Assembly: GCA_963848135.1 (NCBI GenBank)
Contig: CAWKCK010000017.1
Coordinates: forward strand, 558,001-622,000
Direction: 5' to 3'
DNA length: 64,000 nucleotides
Source: an uncultured delta proteobacterium
GTDB taxonomy: Bacteria > Desulfobacterota > Desulfobacteria > Desulfobacterales > SG8-13
Part shown: positions 38,787-49,424 of the stretch, piece after piece
Numbering within the stretch: position 1 is the stretch's first letter
How the letters are laid out: each line of letters opens with the position of its first letter
The notes under the pieces: model-generated
What the model was told of the DNA's origin: nothing
Seen by the model: the letters and a program-made list of their open reading frames with translations, nothing else
The model's database searches: none
Program-made: the position numbers and the translations under genes

Positions 38787-40816
38787 GTAACCCTATAAAA
38801 ATAAACCAGATTCGAAATATCGGCATCATCGCTCATATCGACGCCGGCAAAACGACCGTTACGGAACGTATCCTATATTACACCGGCCGGTCGCATAAAA
38901 TCGGTGAGGTCCATGATGGTGAAGCGGTTATGGATTGGATGCCGGACGAACAGGAACGCGGCATAACGATCACATCGGCAGTTACCACCTGTAACTGGAA
39001 AGATTCCGAGATACACGTCATCGACACACCGGGGCACGTCGACTTCACCATTGAGGTCGAGCGCTCATTGCGGGTACTCGATGGTGCCATCGGTGTCTTT
39101 TGCGCAGTGGGGGGTGTAGAGCCCCAGTCCGAAACCGTATGGCGCCAAGCCGACAAGTACAAGGTCCCCAAGATCGCCTTTGTCAATAAACTCGACCGCG
39201 TGGGAGCGGATTTTTTCGGAACCGTCGATGCGATGAAGAAAAAACTCCACGCCAACCCGCTTATTTTGCAACTGCCGGTGGGTGCTGAAGACCACTTCGC
39301 GGGTATAATCGATCTGGTCGAAATGCGTCGCATCGTCTGGGACGACGAGACCCTGGGTGCCAGTTATCAAGTTCTCGACATACCCGACGACCTGGTCGAC
39401 CTCAGCCAGAAATACCGTGAACACCTCATTGAAACCGTTGCGGAGCAGGACGATGACGTCATGGAGGCCTATCTATCGGATGCGCCCATTGCCGTTGAAT
39501 CCTTGCTGAGTGCCATCCGCCGTGCCACCTGTCGCCTGGACATCGTGCCGGTTCTGTGCGGCTCAGCCCTTAAAAACAAGGGTATACAACCCTTACTGGA
39601 CGCCATCGTTCAATTTCTGCCCAGCCCCGTGGATGTCCCGCCGATCAAAGGTATCAACCCGGATACCGGAGAATCAATCAATTGCAAGACCAGTGACACG
39701 GCACCATTGGCCGCCTTGATCTTCAAGGTATCAATGCAGGAGGGACGCAAATTATCGTTTGTCCGGGTCTACAGCGGACGGTTGAAGGCTGGCAGCGATG
39801 TCTACAATCCAACCCTGAAGAAGTCCGAAAAGCTTTCCCGAATATTGCGGATGCACGCCAATAAACGCGAGCGCCTGGATATAGCCGGAGCAGGCAATAT
39901 CGTCGGCGTTGTCGGCCTTAAAATCTCATCGACGGGAGAAACCCTGTGCACACCCACCCATCCGGTTCTGTTGGAGCGAATCGAAACGTATGAACCGGTC
40001 ATTTCGGTGGCGGTGGAACCAAAAACTCACTCTGACCAGGAAAAACTCGACCAGGTACTGGAAAAGTTTCTGGCTGAGGACCCGACCCTGAGGGTGCGGC
40101 AGGATGAGGATACCGGCCAGATGATTTTGTCCGGTATGGGCGAACTCCACCTGGAAATCATCATCAGCCGCATGCAGCGTGAGTTCAACACCCAGGTTAA
40201 CGTCGGCAAACCTCAGGTGGTGCATCGTGAAACAATCGAATCGGTTGGCGAAGGCACTTCGGAATTTGACAAAGACATTGCCGGCCAGCGACAATTCGGG
40301 GATGTAACCCTGCGGATCCGACCGCTGCCAAGAGGCGAAGGCGTGAGGTTCACTTCGAAGATCAACGCTGACATCATACCGGACATCTTCATTCCGACCA
40401 TCGAAATTGGCGTCATGGAATCCCTGGAAAGCGGAACACTAATGGGTTATCCGGTGGTCGACGTAGAAGCCCAGTTGATCGGTGGATCCTACAGGGATTC
40501 CCTGGGTACAGAGCTGGCCTATAAGGTCAGTGCATCTATCGCTTGCAAAACCGCCCTCATTAACGGAAATCCCTACCTGCTCGACCCGATCATGAAAGTA
40601 GAGATATTCGTTCCCGAAGCATTTATGGGTGATGTTATCGGTGACATTAACGCCCGTAGTGGAAAAATCGAGGCGATAGAATCCCAATCGGGTCTGCAAA
40701 TCATCAAAGCCATTGTGCCTTTGTTTCAAATGTTCGGTTATTCAACGGTTCTGCGGTCGGCGACCCAAGGACGCGGGACATTCACCATGCAGTTTTCCCA
40801 CTTCGATCGTCCGTAG
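38783..40816 (+). CDS. fusA: elongation factor G (copy outside the rpsL-rpsG-tuf operon)
   Basis: [51 protein letters not shown]. Confidence 0.95.
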   Translation: MSNPIKINQIRNIGIIAHIDAGKTTVTERILYYTGRSHKIGEVHDGEAVMDWMPDEQERGITITSAVTTCNWKDSEIHVIDTPGHVDFTIEVERSLRVLDGAIGVFCAVGGVEPQSETVWRQADKYKVPKIAFVNKLDRVGADFFGTVDAMKKKLHANPLILQLPVGAEDHFAGIIDLVEMRRIVWDDETLGASYQVLDIPDDLVDLSQKYREHLIETVAEQDDDVMEAYLSDAPIAVESLLSAIRRATCRLDIVPVLCGSALKNKGIQPLLDAIVQFLPSPVDVPPIKGINPDTGESINCKTSDTAPLAALIFKVSMQEGRKLSFVRVYSGRLKAGSDVYNPTLKKSEKLSRILRMHANKRERLDIAGAGNIVGVVGLKISSTGETLCTPTHPVLLERIETYEPVISVAVEPKTHSDQEKLDQVLEKFLAEDPTLRVRQDEDTGQMILSGMGELHLEIIISRMQREFNTQVNVGKPQVVHRETIESVGEGTSEFDKDIAGQRQFGDVTLRIRPLPRGEGVRFTSKINADIIPDIFIPTIEIGVMESLESGTLMGYPVVDVEAQLIGGSYRDSLGTELAYKVSASIACKTALINGNPYLLDPIMKVEIFVPEAFMGDVIGDINARSGKIEAIESQSGLQIIKAIVPLFQMFGYSTVLRSATQGRGTFTMQFSHFDRP

Positions 40817-40881
40817 AAGGACACACCTGGCGCTCAACCAACTGGCTAAATACCCAATACCAGGCGTGTTCGCCACGCACG

Positions 40882-42309
40882 CTATTGACGGCTCTGCCGT
40901 TTGAGGGCGGCCTGGATATCCGCGATCTCTTTGAGACGCTTTTCTATATCCTGCCGTACTTCTGAATCTTGAGCTTTTTCAAGAGCTTGTTTAAACTGGA
41001 TCCGAGCATTGCCAAAATCCCTCTTTAAGTAATAATAGAGCCCTAAACTATAGTAGGCTTCGGCAAGTTTACCCTGCTCCCCATAAGACTTTCCAAGAAA
41101 ATAATAGACTTGTTTCGTTACAACGCCCTGCTTTTTCAAGGATTCGAAAGCCGCTTGCGCCTCCGCCGGCCGGCCGAGTTCCATCTGGGTGCGCCCTAAA
41201 TAGAAAAGGGCCTCCGGTTCTCCTGGTTGCAGGCTGAGTGCGCTCTGAAGGGTACTCAGGGCCTCCTCGTATTTTCTGTCCATATAATACACCCGGCCCA
41301 AAGCCGATAAAATGGTCGCATTGAAGGCCTCAACGGCCAATGCCTTTTTGAGTGCGTTAATGGCCTCTTTGCGCTTGCCAGCCCTTGCAAGTACCAACCC
41401 GTAACCGTAGTTGGCCATGGCGTCTCCGGGATGGCTACGGACGGCTGTTTCATATTTTTTCAGGGCAATGCTCTCATCGGTGTACAAGGCAATAATACGC
41501 GCCCGGACGAGGGCGAAGTCCTCTGAATTGAGCCGGGGTATCTTTTTCTCTTTTTCAGCATGTCCGGCAAGATATGTATCAATATAAGCCAATCGATCTT
41601 CCACCGCCGGATGGGTCATCAAGTAGGAAGGGACCTGACCGGTACCATACCATTGTTTGGAACGGATTTTATTCAGAATGTCGATTAACCCCTCACCGGT
41701 ATATCCGGCCTCCTGCAGGTAAACCAATCCCACCTGGTCGGCCTGAATTTCGTCCTCGCGACTGAAGGCCAGAGCGGCAGATTGACCGGCCGCCATGGAG
41801 CCCATGGTTATGGCGCTGGCGGCCTCCCCTCCGCCGGCGGCGCCAATGAGTAACCCCGCCGCAAGACCCGCCAATGTGGCCATGTTGATCATCTTGGAGC
41901 GTTCGATTTTCTGCGAGATATGCCGGCAGTAAACATGCGATATTTCATGAGAAAGGATTCCGGCCAACTCATCCTCATTGTCCATGGCCGCTATCAGTCC
42001 CGTGTATATGAAAATGTGGCCAGCTGCGGTGGCAAACGCATTGTAGACATCCTCTTTGACGACATAAAACCGGTATTCAAAAGGCTGAGATGGAAAGTTA
42101 GCGAGGATCTTTTTCCCTATCTTATTGATATAGTTGACGATGACTGGATCATCGACGATTTCGAACTGGGCCGTGATATAGCGCATGAACTCGCGGGCCA
42201 TTTCTTCTTCTTCCTTAATCGTTATCCCTGTGGCTGCATAGGGACAAAGAAGATCAACCAGCAGGACAATGGCGACAAGGCCAACGACGGTCTTTTTAAG
42301 GGTGATCAT
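40882..42309 (-). CDS. M48 metalloprotease with TPR repeats (BepA/YfgC-like)
   Basis: signal peptide, NAFA, HEISH, FSREDEIQAD, THP, C-terminal TPRs; start at MITLKK preferred. Confidence 0.9.
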   Translation of the reverse strand: MITLKKTVVGLVAIVLLVDLLCPYAATGITIKEEEEMAREFMRYITAQFEIVDDPVIVNYINKIGKKILANFPSQPFEYRFYVVKEDVYNAFATAAGHIFIYTGLIAAMDNEDELAGILSHEISHVYCRHISQKIERSKMINMATLAGLAAGLLIGAAGGGEAASAITMGSMAAGQSAALAFSREDEIQADQVGLVYLQEAGYTGEGLIDILNKIRSKQWYGTGQVPSYLMTHPAVEDRLAYIDTYLAGHAEKEKKIPRLNSEDFALVRARIIALYTDESIALKKYETAVRSHPGDAMANYGYGLVLARAGKRKEAINALKKALAVEAFNATILSALGRVYYMDRKYEEALSTLQSALSLQPGEPEALFYLGRTQMELGRPAEAQAAFESLKKQGVVTKQVYYFLGKSYGEQGKLAEAYYSLGLYYYLKRDFGNARIQFKQALEKAQDSEVRQDIEKRLKEIADIQAALKRQSRQ

Positions 42310-42438
42310 AATGCCTCGATTCGATAATAAGGGACCGGCCGATGGGAGCGAACGGTTCGCTTTTGCGTGTGTTTTGGATGATGATGCCACATTTTTAATA
42401 CCTTTTCAAACGGACTCTATTATGTTAGGTTCCCCGCC

Positions 42439-43221
42439 ATGGCGCAGATCCTTTGTATAGCAAACCAGAAAGGCGGAGTTGGCAAAACGACAACAGCGGT
42501 CAACCTGTCGGCAGCCTTGGCGGTATCGGAAAAAGAGGTCTTGTTAGTTGATTGTGATCCGCAGGGTAACGCCACTTCAGGAGTCGGCCTGAATAAGCAT
42601 CACCTCAAGAAGACGCTCTACCACGGCATGCTCGGGAATGAAGATGCCCATAATCTCATACTTGACAGTGAAATTGAAACACTGAAGGTTATCCCTGCCA
42701 ATGTGGAACTCATCGGTTTTGAAGTCGAAATGATGGCCAACCCCGAAAGAGAGTCCGCATTGAAAAATTTGATTTCAGAAGTATCTGGCACTTTTGAATA
42801 TATCATCCTCGACTGCCCGCCTTCTTTAAGCCTGCTGACGGTGAATGCATTAACGGCGGCAGACGCCCTTGTCATACCGCTCCAATGTGAATTTTATGCC
42901 CTGGAAGGGTTGGGGCAACTGCTACATACCTTCAAGCGGATCAAGCAGCATTTGAACCCGCATCTGAGGATTGGCGGCATACTTCTGACCATGTTCGACC
43001 GCAGAACGAACCTGTCTTTTCAGGTTGCCGAAGACGCAGAGAAATACTTCAAAAATCTGATTTTCAAAACCATCATACCCCGTAATATCCGTTTAAGTGA
43101 AGCCCCCAGTTTCGGCAAACCAATCCTGCTCTACGATGCCACTTCCACTGGGGCCCAAAGCTATATCGAACTGGCCAAGGAAATAATAGGCGCGGAAGTG
43201 GCCGCTCCGGCACGACTTTGA
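42439..43221 (+). CDS. parA: chromosome partitioning ATPase ParA/Soj
   Basis: NQKGGVGKTTT, DCDPQGNAT, DCPPSL, QCEFYALEG, LSEAPSFG. Confidence 0.96.
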   Translation: MAQILCIANQKGGVGKTTTAVNLSAALAVSEKEVLLVDCDPQGNATSGVGLNKHHLKKTLYHGMLGNEDAHNLILDSEIETLKVIPANVELIGFEVEMMANPERESALKNLISEVSGTFEYIILDCPPSLSLLTVNALTAADALVIPLQCEFYALEGLGQLLHTFKRIKQHLNPHLRIGGILLTMFDRRTNLSFQVAEDAEKYFKNLIFKTIIPRNIRLSEAPSFGKPILLYDATSTGAQSYIELAKEIIGAEVAAPARL

Positions 43222-43272
43222 CTCGCTCGATTATTACGACCAACACAACCGCACGCAGTGACTTAAAAAAAA

Positions 43273-44160
43273 ATGACTATCAAACAATCAGAATCCGCTA
43301 ACAGAAAACGCAAAAAGCTGGCCCTCGGTCGCGGATTGGATGCTCTGATTCCCGAATATGATCCGGCGGTCGATACAGAAAAGGAATACTTTCTCTGTGA
43401 TGTCGATCGGATCCAGCCCAACCGCTACCAGCCACGACAACATTTCAACAATGAGGACCTTGAAGACCTCAGCAATTCCATCAAGGCTCAGGGTATCATT
43501 CAGCCACTGCTGGTACGCCAGTTCGCGCACGGGTATGAGTTGGTCGCCGGAGAACGCCGTTTGAGAGCCGCAGCAATAGCCGGTTTGACTCAAGTGCCGG
43601 TTGTCATCAGAAACGTCTCTGACACCGAAATGTTGGAGATGTCGATCGTCGAGAACATCCAGCGCGAAAACCTCAATCCGTTGGAAGAGGCCGAGGCCTA
43701 TCACCGCCTGATCGAGGAGTTCAAACTCACCCAGGACCAGGCCGCCGAAAGGGTCGGTAAGAGTCGATCCGCTGTGGCCAATTTCCTGCGGCTTAGAAGT
43801 CTGCCACCGCAGATCAAAGAAAGCATTGTTTCCGGTTCCCTGAGCATGGGGCACGCCCGGGCCATCGTCGGTATCGACAAGAAAGCCTTGCAAGTCGATA
43901 TCTGGCGCAAGGTCATGTCTAAGGGGCTTTCCGTTCGCGAAACCGAGAACCTGGCAAAACAAGTAAAAATCGGAAAACCGTCACCTCGGCAGATTGAAAC
44001 CAAAGCCGCCTCAAATTACCTTTCAGACGTCGAGGATGAACTGACCCGTCACTATGGCACCAAAGTCATGATCAAGCGTCGCGGCAAAATCGGCAAGGTC
44101 GAAATCGAATTTTACGGCGACGATGATCTGGACCGGTTGCTCCACCTATTGAAGAGGTAA
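43273..44160 (+). CDS. parB: chromosome partitioning protein ParB/Spo0J
   Basis: ALGRGLDALI, QPR, AGERRLRA, ENIQRENLNPLEEA, HTH VGKSRSAVAN. Confidence 0.96.
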   Translation: MTIKQSESANRKRKKLALGRGLDALIPEYDPAVDTEKEYFLCDVDRIQPNRYQPRQHFNNEDLEDLSNSIKAQGIIQPLLVRQFAHGYELVAGERRLRAAAIAGLTQVPVVIRNVSDTEMLEMSIVENIQRENLNPLEEAEAYHRLIEEFKLTQDQAAERVGKSRSAVANFLRLRSLPPQIKESIVSGSLSMGHARAIVGIDKKALQVDIWRKVMSKGLSVRETENLAKQVKIGKPSPRQIETKAASNYLSDVEDELTRHYGTKVMIKRRGKIGKVEIEFYGDDDLDRLLHLLKR

Positions 44161-44322
44161 CGAGTGCATCGGTCCATCGGCGATCCGAGACATGAACAGC
44201 CGTTTTTTTGGACCCGTTGACGCGTCCGCGACATACCCCCCTGATAGATTCCACCACTTACGACACGCCTAACGGGCCCATCCGATTACTCGGAGAACTT
44301 CAACAAACTGGTAAACGTTTTC

Positions 44323-44847
44323 ATGGCGCTTCATATTATTATCGATGGCTATAACCTAATCCGAGCCTCAGCCGACCTGAGCGTCCTGGACCGCCAGGAT
44401 ATCCAGCTGGGGCGCGAAGCCTTGGTCGACATGCTGGCCAGCTATAAAAAAATCAAACCGCATAAAATCACTGTGGTGTTCGATGGTGCCGGTATGCCCG
44501 GTCACTCTCGCAACAGGGACCGGATCAAAGGTATCCTGATCAAATTCTCACGAGCCGGTGAGTCGGCGGACAGTGTAATTATTCGTATGGCGGCACATGA
44601 GAATGAACGCGCCTTGATTGTCAGTTCCGATCAGGAAATAATCCGGGCTGCCGCAGCTTGTCGTTCGGCAACGATCACTTCTCCGGCTTTTGCGGAACGC
44701 GTGTTGCTGGCGAACTTCGGTGGCAGTGATTCGGAAGAAAACGAACGTGGTTACAACCGCCAGTCTATTTCAACCAAGAAAAAGGGCCCGCGGCGCCGAT
44801 TACCCAGGCGCCAGCGTCGAAACAAGATAAAAATGGGCAAACTTTGA
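44323..44847 (+). CDS. NYN/YacP-like RNase domain protein
   Basis: IIDGYNLI, VVFDG, ESADSVI, VSSD; basic C-terminus. Confidence 0.85.
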   Translation: MALHIIIDGYNLIRASADLSVLDRQDIQLGREALVDMLASYKKIKPHKITVVFDGAGMPGHSRNRDRIKGILIKFSRAGESADSVIIRMAAHENERALIVSSDQEIIRAAAACRSATITSPAFAERVLLANFGGSDSEENERGYNRQSISTKKKGPRRRLPRRQRRNKIKMGKL

Positions 44848-45082
44848 TTTCTCCAGGCAAAAAATGCTTTTGCGGAATCACTGGCCCGGTTTTACCGCTT
44901 TTGATAGATAAACGCCGTAATACGGAAAGACGTTAAATAGCGATTATAAAGATTTCGTTCCGTTCAAAGAAAAATGGGGTATCGATGATGGACAGTCCGA
45001 AAATTTTGGAGTTAGGAACTCGGAATTTAAATATAAGGAATTCTGCCGGTATTATCAAATTAAATCGGATACCCTGCGACCA

Positions 45083-46821
45083 ATGAAAATACTGATAGCA
45101 AAAACCGCCGGATTCTGTATGGGAGTTCGCCGAGCTGTGGAAATGGCCATGGATATGTCCGGCAACCAGCAAGGCCCGATTTATACTTTTGGCCCTCTTA
45201 TCCACAATGCCCAAGTTCTCAACCTGCTGTCGTCCAAAGGGATTTCGATCTTAGAAGAAGTCCCCGAGCAAGGCAGCGGTATCGTTCTGGTCCGAGCCCA
45301 TGGCGTGCCACCGAAGACAAAGCGCCAGTTGAAGAAGGCCGGCTTCACAGTTATAGATGCCACTTGCCCAAGGGTAATAAAGGTACAGAGCATCATAAGA
45401 CGGCATGCCAATAAAGGCTATGCGTCTATTATCATCGGTGATAGGGATCACCCCGAAGTCATCGGCCTGCTGGGTTATGCCGGACAAAACGGCCATGTGA
45501 TCGGCAGTCTCGATGAACTGGCATCCCTGCCACCGTTCGACAAGGCCATTGTTGTCGCTCAGACCACCCAGAACACTCGGGTTTACGGCACTATAAAAAA
45601 ATTCATCCGTGACAAACACCCGGCCTATAAGGTCTTTGATACCATATGCGATTCCACCGAACGCCGCCAGACCGAAGTCAAGCGCCTGGCGACCAAGTAG
45701 ACGCAGTCATAGTGGTCGGCGGGCGCAACAGCGGCAATACCCAACGGTTGGCCGAAATAGCCGTGGCTTCGGGCAAACCCACCTACCACGTGGAAACCGA
45801 AAAAGATCTGAATGCATTAGAGATCAAAGAACTCGCCGCCCTGCAAATTGTCGGGATCACAGCCGGCGCATCGACGCCCAACTGGATCATCAAACGCGTC
45901 TACAAAGCTCTGGAATCGCTACAGTTCCGGAGGGCTATTGGATGGTGGCGCGGGGCCTTCATTCTGCAGCGCACGCTCCTGCTGACAAACTTGTATGTCT
46001 CCATGGGAGCCGGCTGCTTATGCTTCGCCTGCGCCCGACTGCTCGGAATCCAACCGGCGCTGCCCTTTGTCATCATCGCTATGCTATATGTTCAGTCGAT
46101 GCATATTTTAAACCATCTGACGGGCAGCCGGTCCGATCAATACAACGATCCCGAACGGGCGTCTTTTTACATCCGTCACCGGGTTTTTCTTTCGCTGCTT
46201 GCCGCCGTTGCCGGCGGCACCGGTCTACTGATGGCCTATACCAAGGGCAGAGTGTCTTTCGGCATTCTGCTTCTCATGAGTCTGCTCGGGCTAACCTACA
46301 ATCTAAGGATCCTTCCGATAGGGTTGACAGGCGGGCGTTATCACCGGTTGCGGGACATTCCCGGTTCAAAAACGCTCCTGATAGCAGCGGCCTGGGGCGT
46401 TGTCACATCGTTACTCCCCTCCTTGAACGATGCCAATTTACCGGTGATGAGTATTATTCTGGTTTTTCTTTGGGCGACCGGTCTGGTGTTTGTTCGAACC
46501 GCATTTTTTGATACTTTGGACATGCAAGGAGATCGCATCGTTGGCAAGGAAACCATCCCGATTCTTCTGGGTGAGAAGCGTTCACTGCGTCTTTTGAAAT
46601 CGATACTATTGGGACTTCTGATTGCCCTACCGGTTGCGTCCCTGACAGGACTGTTACCCGGTCTGGCTTATGCCTTATCTCTCTGCCCGGTATTTATCGC
46701 CGGTGTCGTCCTGGGTTATGAGCGCAGCATGATGATCCCAGGCATCAGACTTGAATTTCTAATGGAGTCGCAGTTTGTCTTTGCTGGTATCATTGCACTG
46801 CTCTGGTCTTCATCCCAATAA
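45083..46821 (+). pseudogene. ispH: IspH fused to a UbiA-like membrane domain, split by a 1-nt frameshift near 45690 (real lesion or sequence error)
   Basis: ORF 45083-45700 has AGFCMGV, LIHN, RAHG, DATCP, HPEV, QTT, TICDST; the -1 frame continues DQVDAVIVVGGRNSGNT..GITAGASTP, then TM helices with DTLDMQGD..G.ETIP. Confidence 0.85.
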
Positions 46822-46881
46822 AATAGAAGGATATGCCGGGGGCGGCAAACCAATTACCGAAATAAAACAACCCGCATGGGG

Positions 46882-47502
46882 TCATTGGCCGATTTTGGGC
46901 TCGCTCCCGTTCAGCAGTCTACGAATGTTATCCTTGTGGCGAACAAAAATCCCCAGAGCGATCAACAGGGCACAAAGAGAATAAATCGATGACCCAACAT
47001 TCCACCAGACGGCGGGAGCAAATATGGCCGCGGCCGAGAGAGATCCTGCCGAAACCCGACGCGATAGACACACAACCACCAAAAACACAGTTAAAGCCAA
47101 TGCCGTCGCAAGGGGGGCAATAACGATGAAACAACCGAGAGCCGTCGCAACGCCTTTACCTCCGCCTTTCATCTTAAGATAGAGGGGGAAGAGATGCCCG
47201 GCGAATGCAGTGATAGCCGTGACGGAAACAAATACCTGGTGCAGGAGTGGATCGAGACCAACAACCTGACTGGCGTAGTAAACCGGTATGACACCTTTCA
47301 GCAGGTCACCGGCAAGGGTCAGTAACCCGAATGGCGTGCCGGCCAGGCGGCGGACATTCGTGGCGCCGATGTTTCCACTGCCATGTTTCCGGATGTCAAT
47401 CGAAGTGAACCACCGGGTTAAAACGAGCCCCCAGGGTATCGATCCAAGAAGATATGCCAGTATAGGAAGGCCGAACAGAACGGATGGTAGGGGGCGAAAC
47501 AT
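46882..47502 (-). CDS. plsY: glycerol-3-phosphate acyltransferase
   Basis: YLLGSIP, GSGNIGATN, DLLKG, GH.FP, GGKGVAT, RHKDNI.RL..G.E. Confidence 0.96.
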   Translation of the reverse strand: MFRPLPSVLFGLPILAYLLGSIPWGLVLTRWFTSIDIRKHGSGNIGATNVRRLAGTPFGLLTLAGDLLKGVIPVYYASQVVGLDPLLHQVFVSVTAITAFAGHLFPLYLKMKGGGKGVATALGCFIVIAPLATALALTVFLVVVCLSRRVSAGSLSAAAIFAPAVWWNVGSSIYSLCALLIALGIFVRHKDNIRRLLNGSEPKIGQ

Positions 47503-47654
47503 TGATCAAATCACCGCCATCGGCATTGAAGTTTAAATAAGAATCGCTAACAGGGGTCAATACATCCGGTAAACCGTACCTTTGATATATCCACAACCAA
47601 CGACCCCAAAGCGACCAGATGACACTCACTCAAGGATAGCTTTCAACTGATCTG

Positions 47655-47939
47655 ATGGAACCGATAAAGCTGCCGATAGAAGACGTTTTAGATCTTCATA
47701 CTTTTCATCCGCGTGAAGTACCGGATCTGCTCGATGATTACTTCTCCGAGTGCCTTGCCGTCGGAATAATGTCAGTACGGTTGATCCACGGCAAAGGCAG
47801 CGGAATACTAAAAAAGAAAGTGCACAGCCTGTTGAAGAAGTGCCCCATGGTTGAGGGCTTCAAGGATGCGCCGCCCGAAGCCGGGGGATGGGGCGCAACG
47901 TTGGTGGAATTGAGAAGAAAACCCGATATCTGTCTATAA
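47655..47939 (+). CDS. small Smr/MutS-related domain protein
   Basis: LDLHTF, IHGKGSG.L, GGWGATLV. Confidence 0.9.
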   Translation: MEPIKLPIEDVLDLHTFHPREVPDLLDDYFSECLAVGIMSVRLIHGKGSGILKKKVHSLLKKCPMVEGFKDAPPEAGGWGATLVELRRKPDICL

Positions 47940-48234
47940 TTGACCCTTCTCGGCTAATTCAGTACCTACCAGGCTTTGGCGTCAAATTGAAGAACGGACT
48001 CTCCGCACATCCTGGCGACCTCTCTGGAAGCGGCCAATATCACATCGATCTGCTCGGTACCCTCATCAGCGGCAGAAGTTAACCCCCTAATTTTCCACGA
48101 ATACGATTGTCACCGTCACCACGGATATCCCGACCGTAGAGGAGAATAGATCGGCGGATCTATTCTCAGAATCTCCGTCACGGAGTGCCCCGTTACTTCG
48201 TGTGTCTCCCGCCGCCCTGTCACCATCAACAGCC
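47934..48234 (-). pseudogene. decayed duplicate of the 3' half of the NUDIX gene at 49425-50000
   Basis: colinear shared blocks accaggctttggc, ctggcgacctc, tcgatctgctcgg, gaatagatcggcgg, ctcagaatct.cgtcacggag, with indels; ends AEKGQL* versus AEKGRL*. Confidence 0.85.
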
Positions 48235-48409
48235 TTTGTTAATCAGTATGCTTGATACGACATCGTTTGCATAAGTTTAAAATGAAGGGCGTCAAACGCA
48301 ATGATACAGATTACAGAATAAGCTCTTATTTCAAGGGCGCCCAAATACATACAGATCTTTCTGCAATCGGTTGGTATTCCAAAGAATATTATGACCGAAC
48401 GCCAAGCTA

Positions 48410-49306
48410 TCAGCGTTTTCTGTCGATGATATAGGTGGCAATGGCGCGCAGAGGATCCGAGCGGTTGTCGAAAGGCTCCAGAGCTATCAATGCTTTTTCA
48501 ATGAGCTGGCGGGCAAAAGCTTTTGACGCCTCCAGGCCCATTAATGAGGGATAAGTGTTTTTCCGACGCAATGCATCCGTCCCAACGCCTTTGCCCAAAT
48601 GGTCCGGATCGCCTTCCACATTTAGTACATCGTCCTTCACCTGAAATGCAAGACCGATGCAACCGGCGTAAGTTTCGAGCTGGTCGATCTGTTCTGACGT
48701 ACCGTTTCCCAGAAGGGCACCGGAAAAAACCGCAGCTTCAATCAAAGCACCTGTTTTCAGAGCATGCAACCGTTCGAGCTCCAGCCGGGAAAGGGTATTG
48801 TTTTCGGCGGCGATATCACGCATCTGACCTTCGACCATGCCCCGGCAACCGGCCGCACGCGATATGCGCTGGATAACCTTTAACCATGTTTCGGCATGGT
48901 GATCATCGAATTCGATGGCCTCAGCACTGGAAAGCACCTGAAATGCCATCGTCAATAGGGCGTCACCGGCAAGTATAGCCGTGACTTCATCGAAATGCAC
49001 ATGGCAGGTCGGTTTCCCCCGGCGCAGGACATCATTGTCCATGGTAGGCAAGTCGTCATGAATCAAGGAGTACGTGTGTATCATTTCAAGAGCGCCGGCC
49101 GCCGGCAGAGCATTTTCTGCCCAACCACCGACAGCTTCAGTCCCAGCCAAGCACAGAATGGGCCTGAGGCGCTTGCCCCCGGCCATCAACGAGTACCGCA
49201 TGGCATCGATTAACCGCCCTGACTCGAGTACCGCTTGAAAACATTTTTCAAGGTAAGCATTGATCTGCTTGCGCTTGGAACTCAGATATGCGGGTAACTC
49301 AAACAT
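48410..49306 (-). CDS. ispA: farnesyl/geranylgeranyl diphosphate synthase
   Basis: GGKRLRP, SLIHDDLP.MDND.LRRG, AILAGD, GQ, KTGAL, FQVKDD. Confidence 0.93.
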   Translation of the reverse strand: MFELPAYLSSKRKQINAYLEKCFQAVLESGRLIDAMRYSLMAGGKRLRPILCLAGTEAVGGWAENALPAAGALEMIHTYSLIHDDLPTMDNDVLRRGKPTCHVHFDEVTAILAGDALLTMAFQVLSSAEAIEFDDHHAETWLKVIQRISRAAGCRGMVEGQMRDIAAENNTLSRLELERLHALKTGALIEAAVFSGALLGNGTSEQIDQLETYAGCIGLAFQVKDDVLNVEGDPDHLGKGVGTDALRRKNTYPSLMGLEASKAFARQLIEKALIALEPFDNRSDPLRAIATYIIDRKR

Positions 49307-49424
49307 ATGCATTATCCAGTATTCATCTTTTTCAAATGTTTGAGGGTGTCAAGAATGCCGCCGAATCCGGGGGGCTTAAGGTACGATTTTTAGTGCAGCT
49401 GAAGGAAAAGTCCGCAACCTTTCA

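Noticed and set aside
45592..45612. A-AAA-AAA slippery site as a programmed -1 frameshift for ispH
   Set aside because: A -1 shift there meets TGA within a few codons and would skip the essential TIC cysteine; homology places the break near 45690
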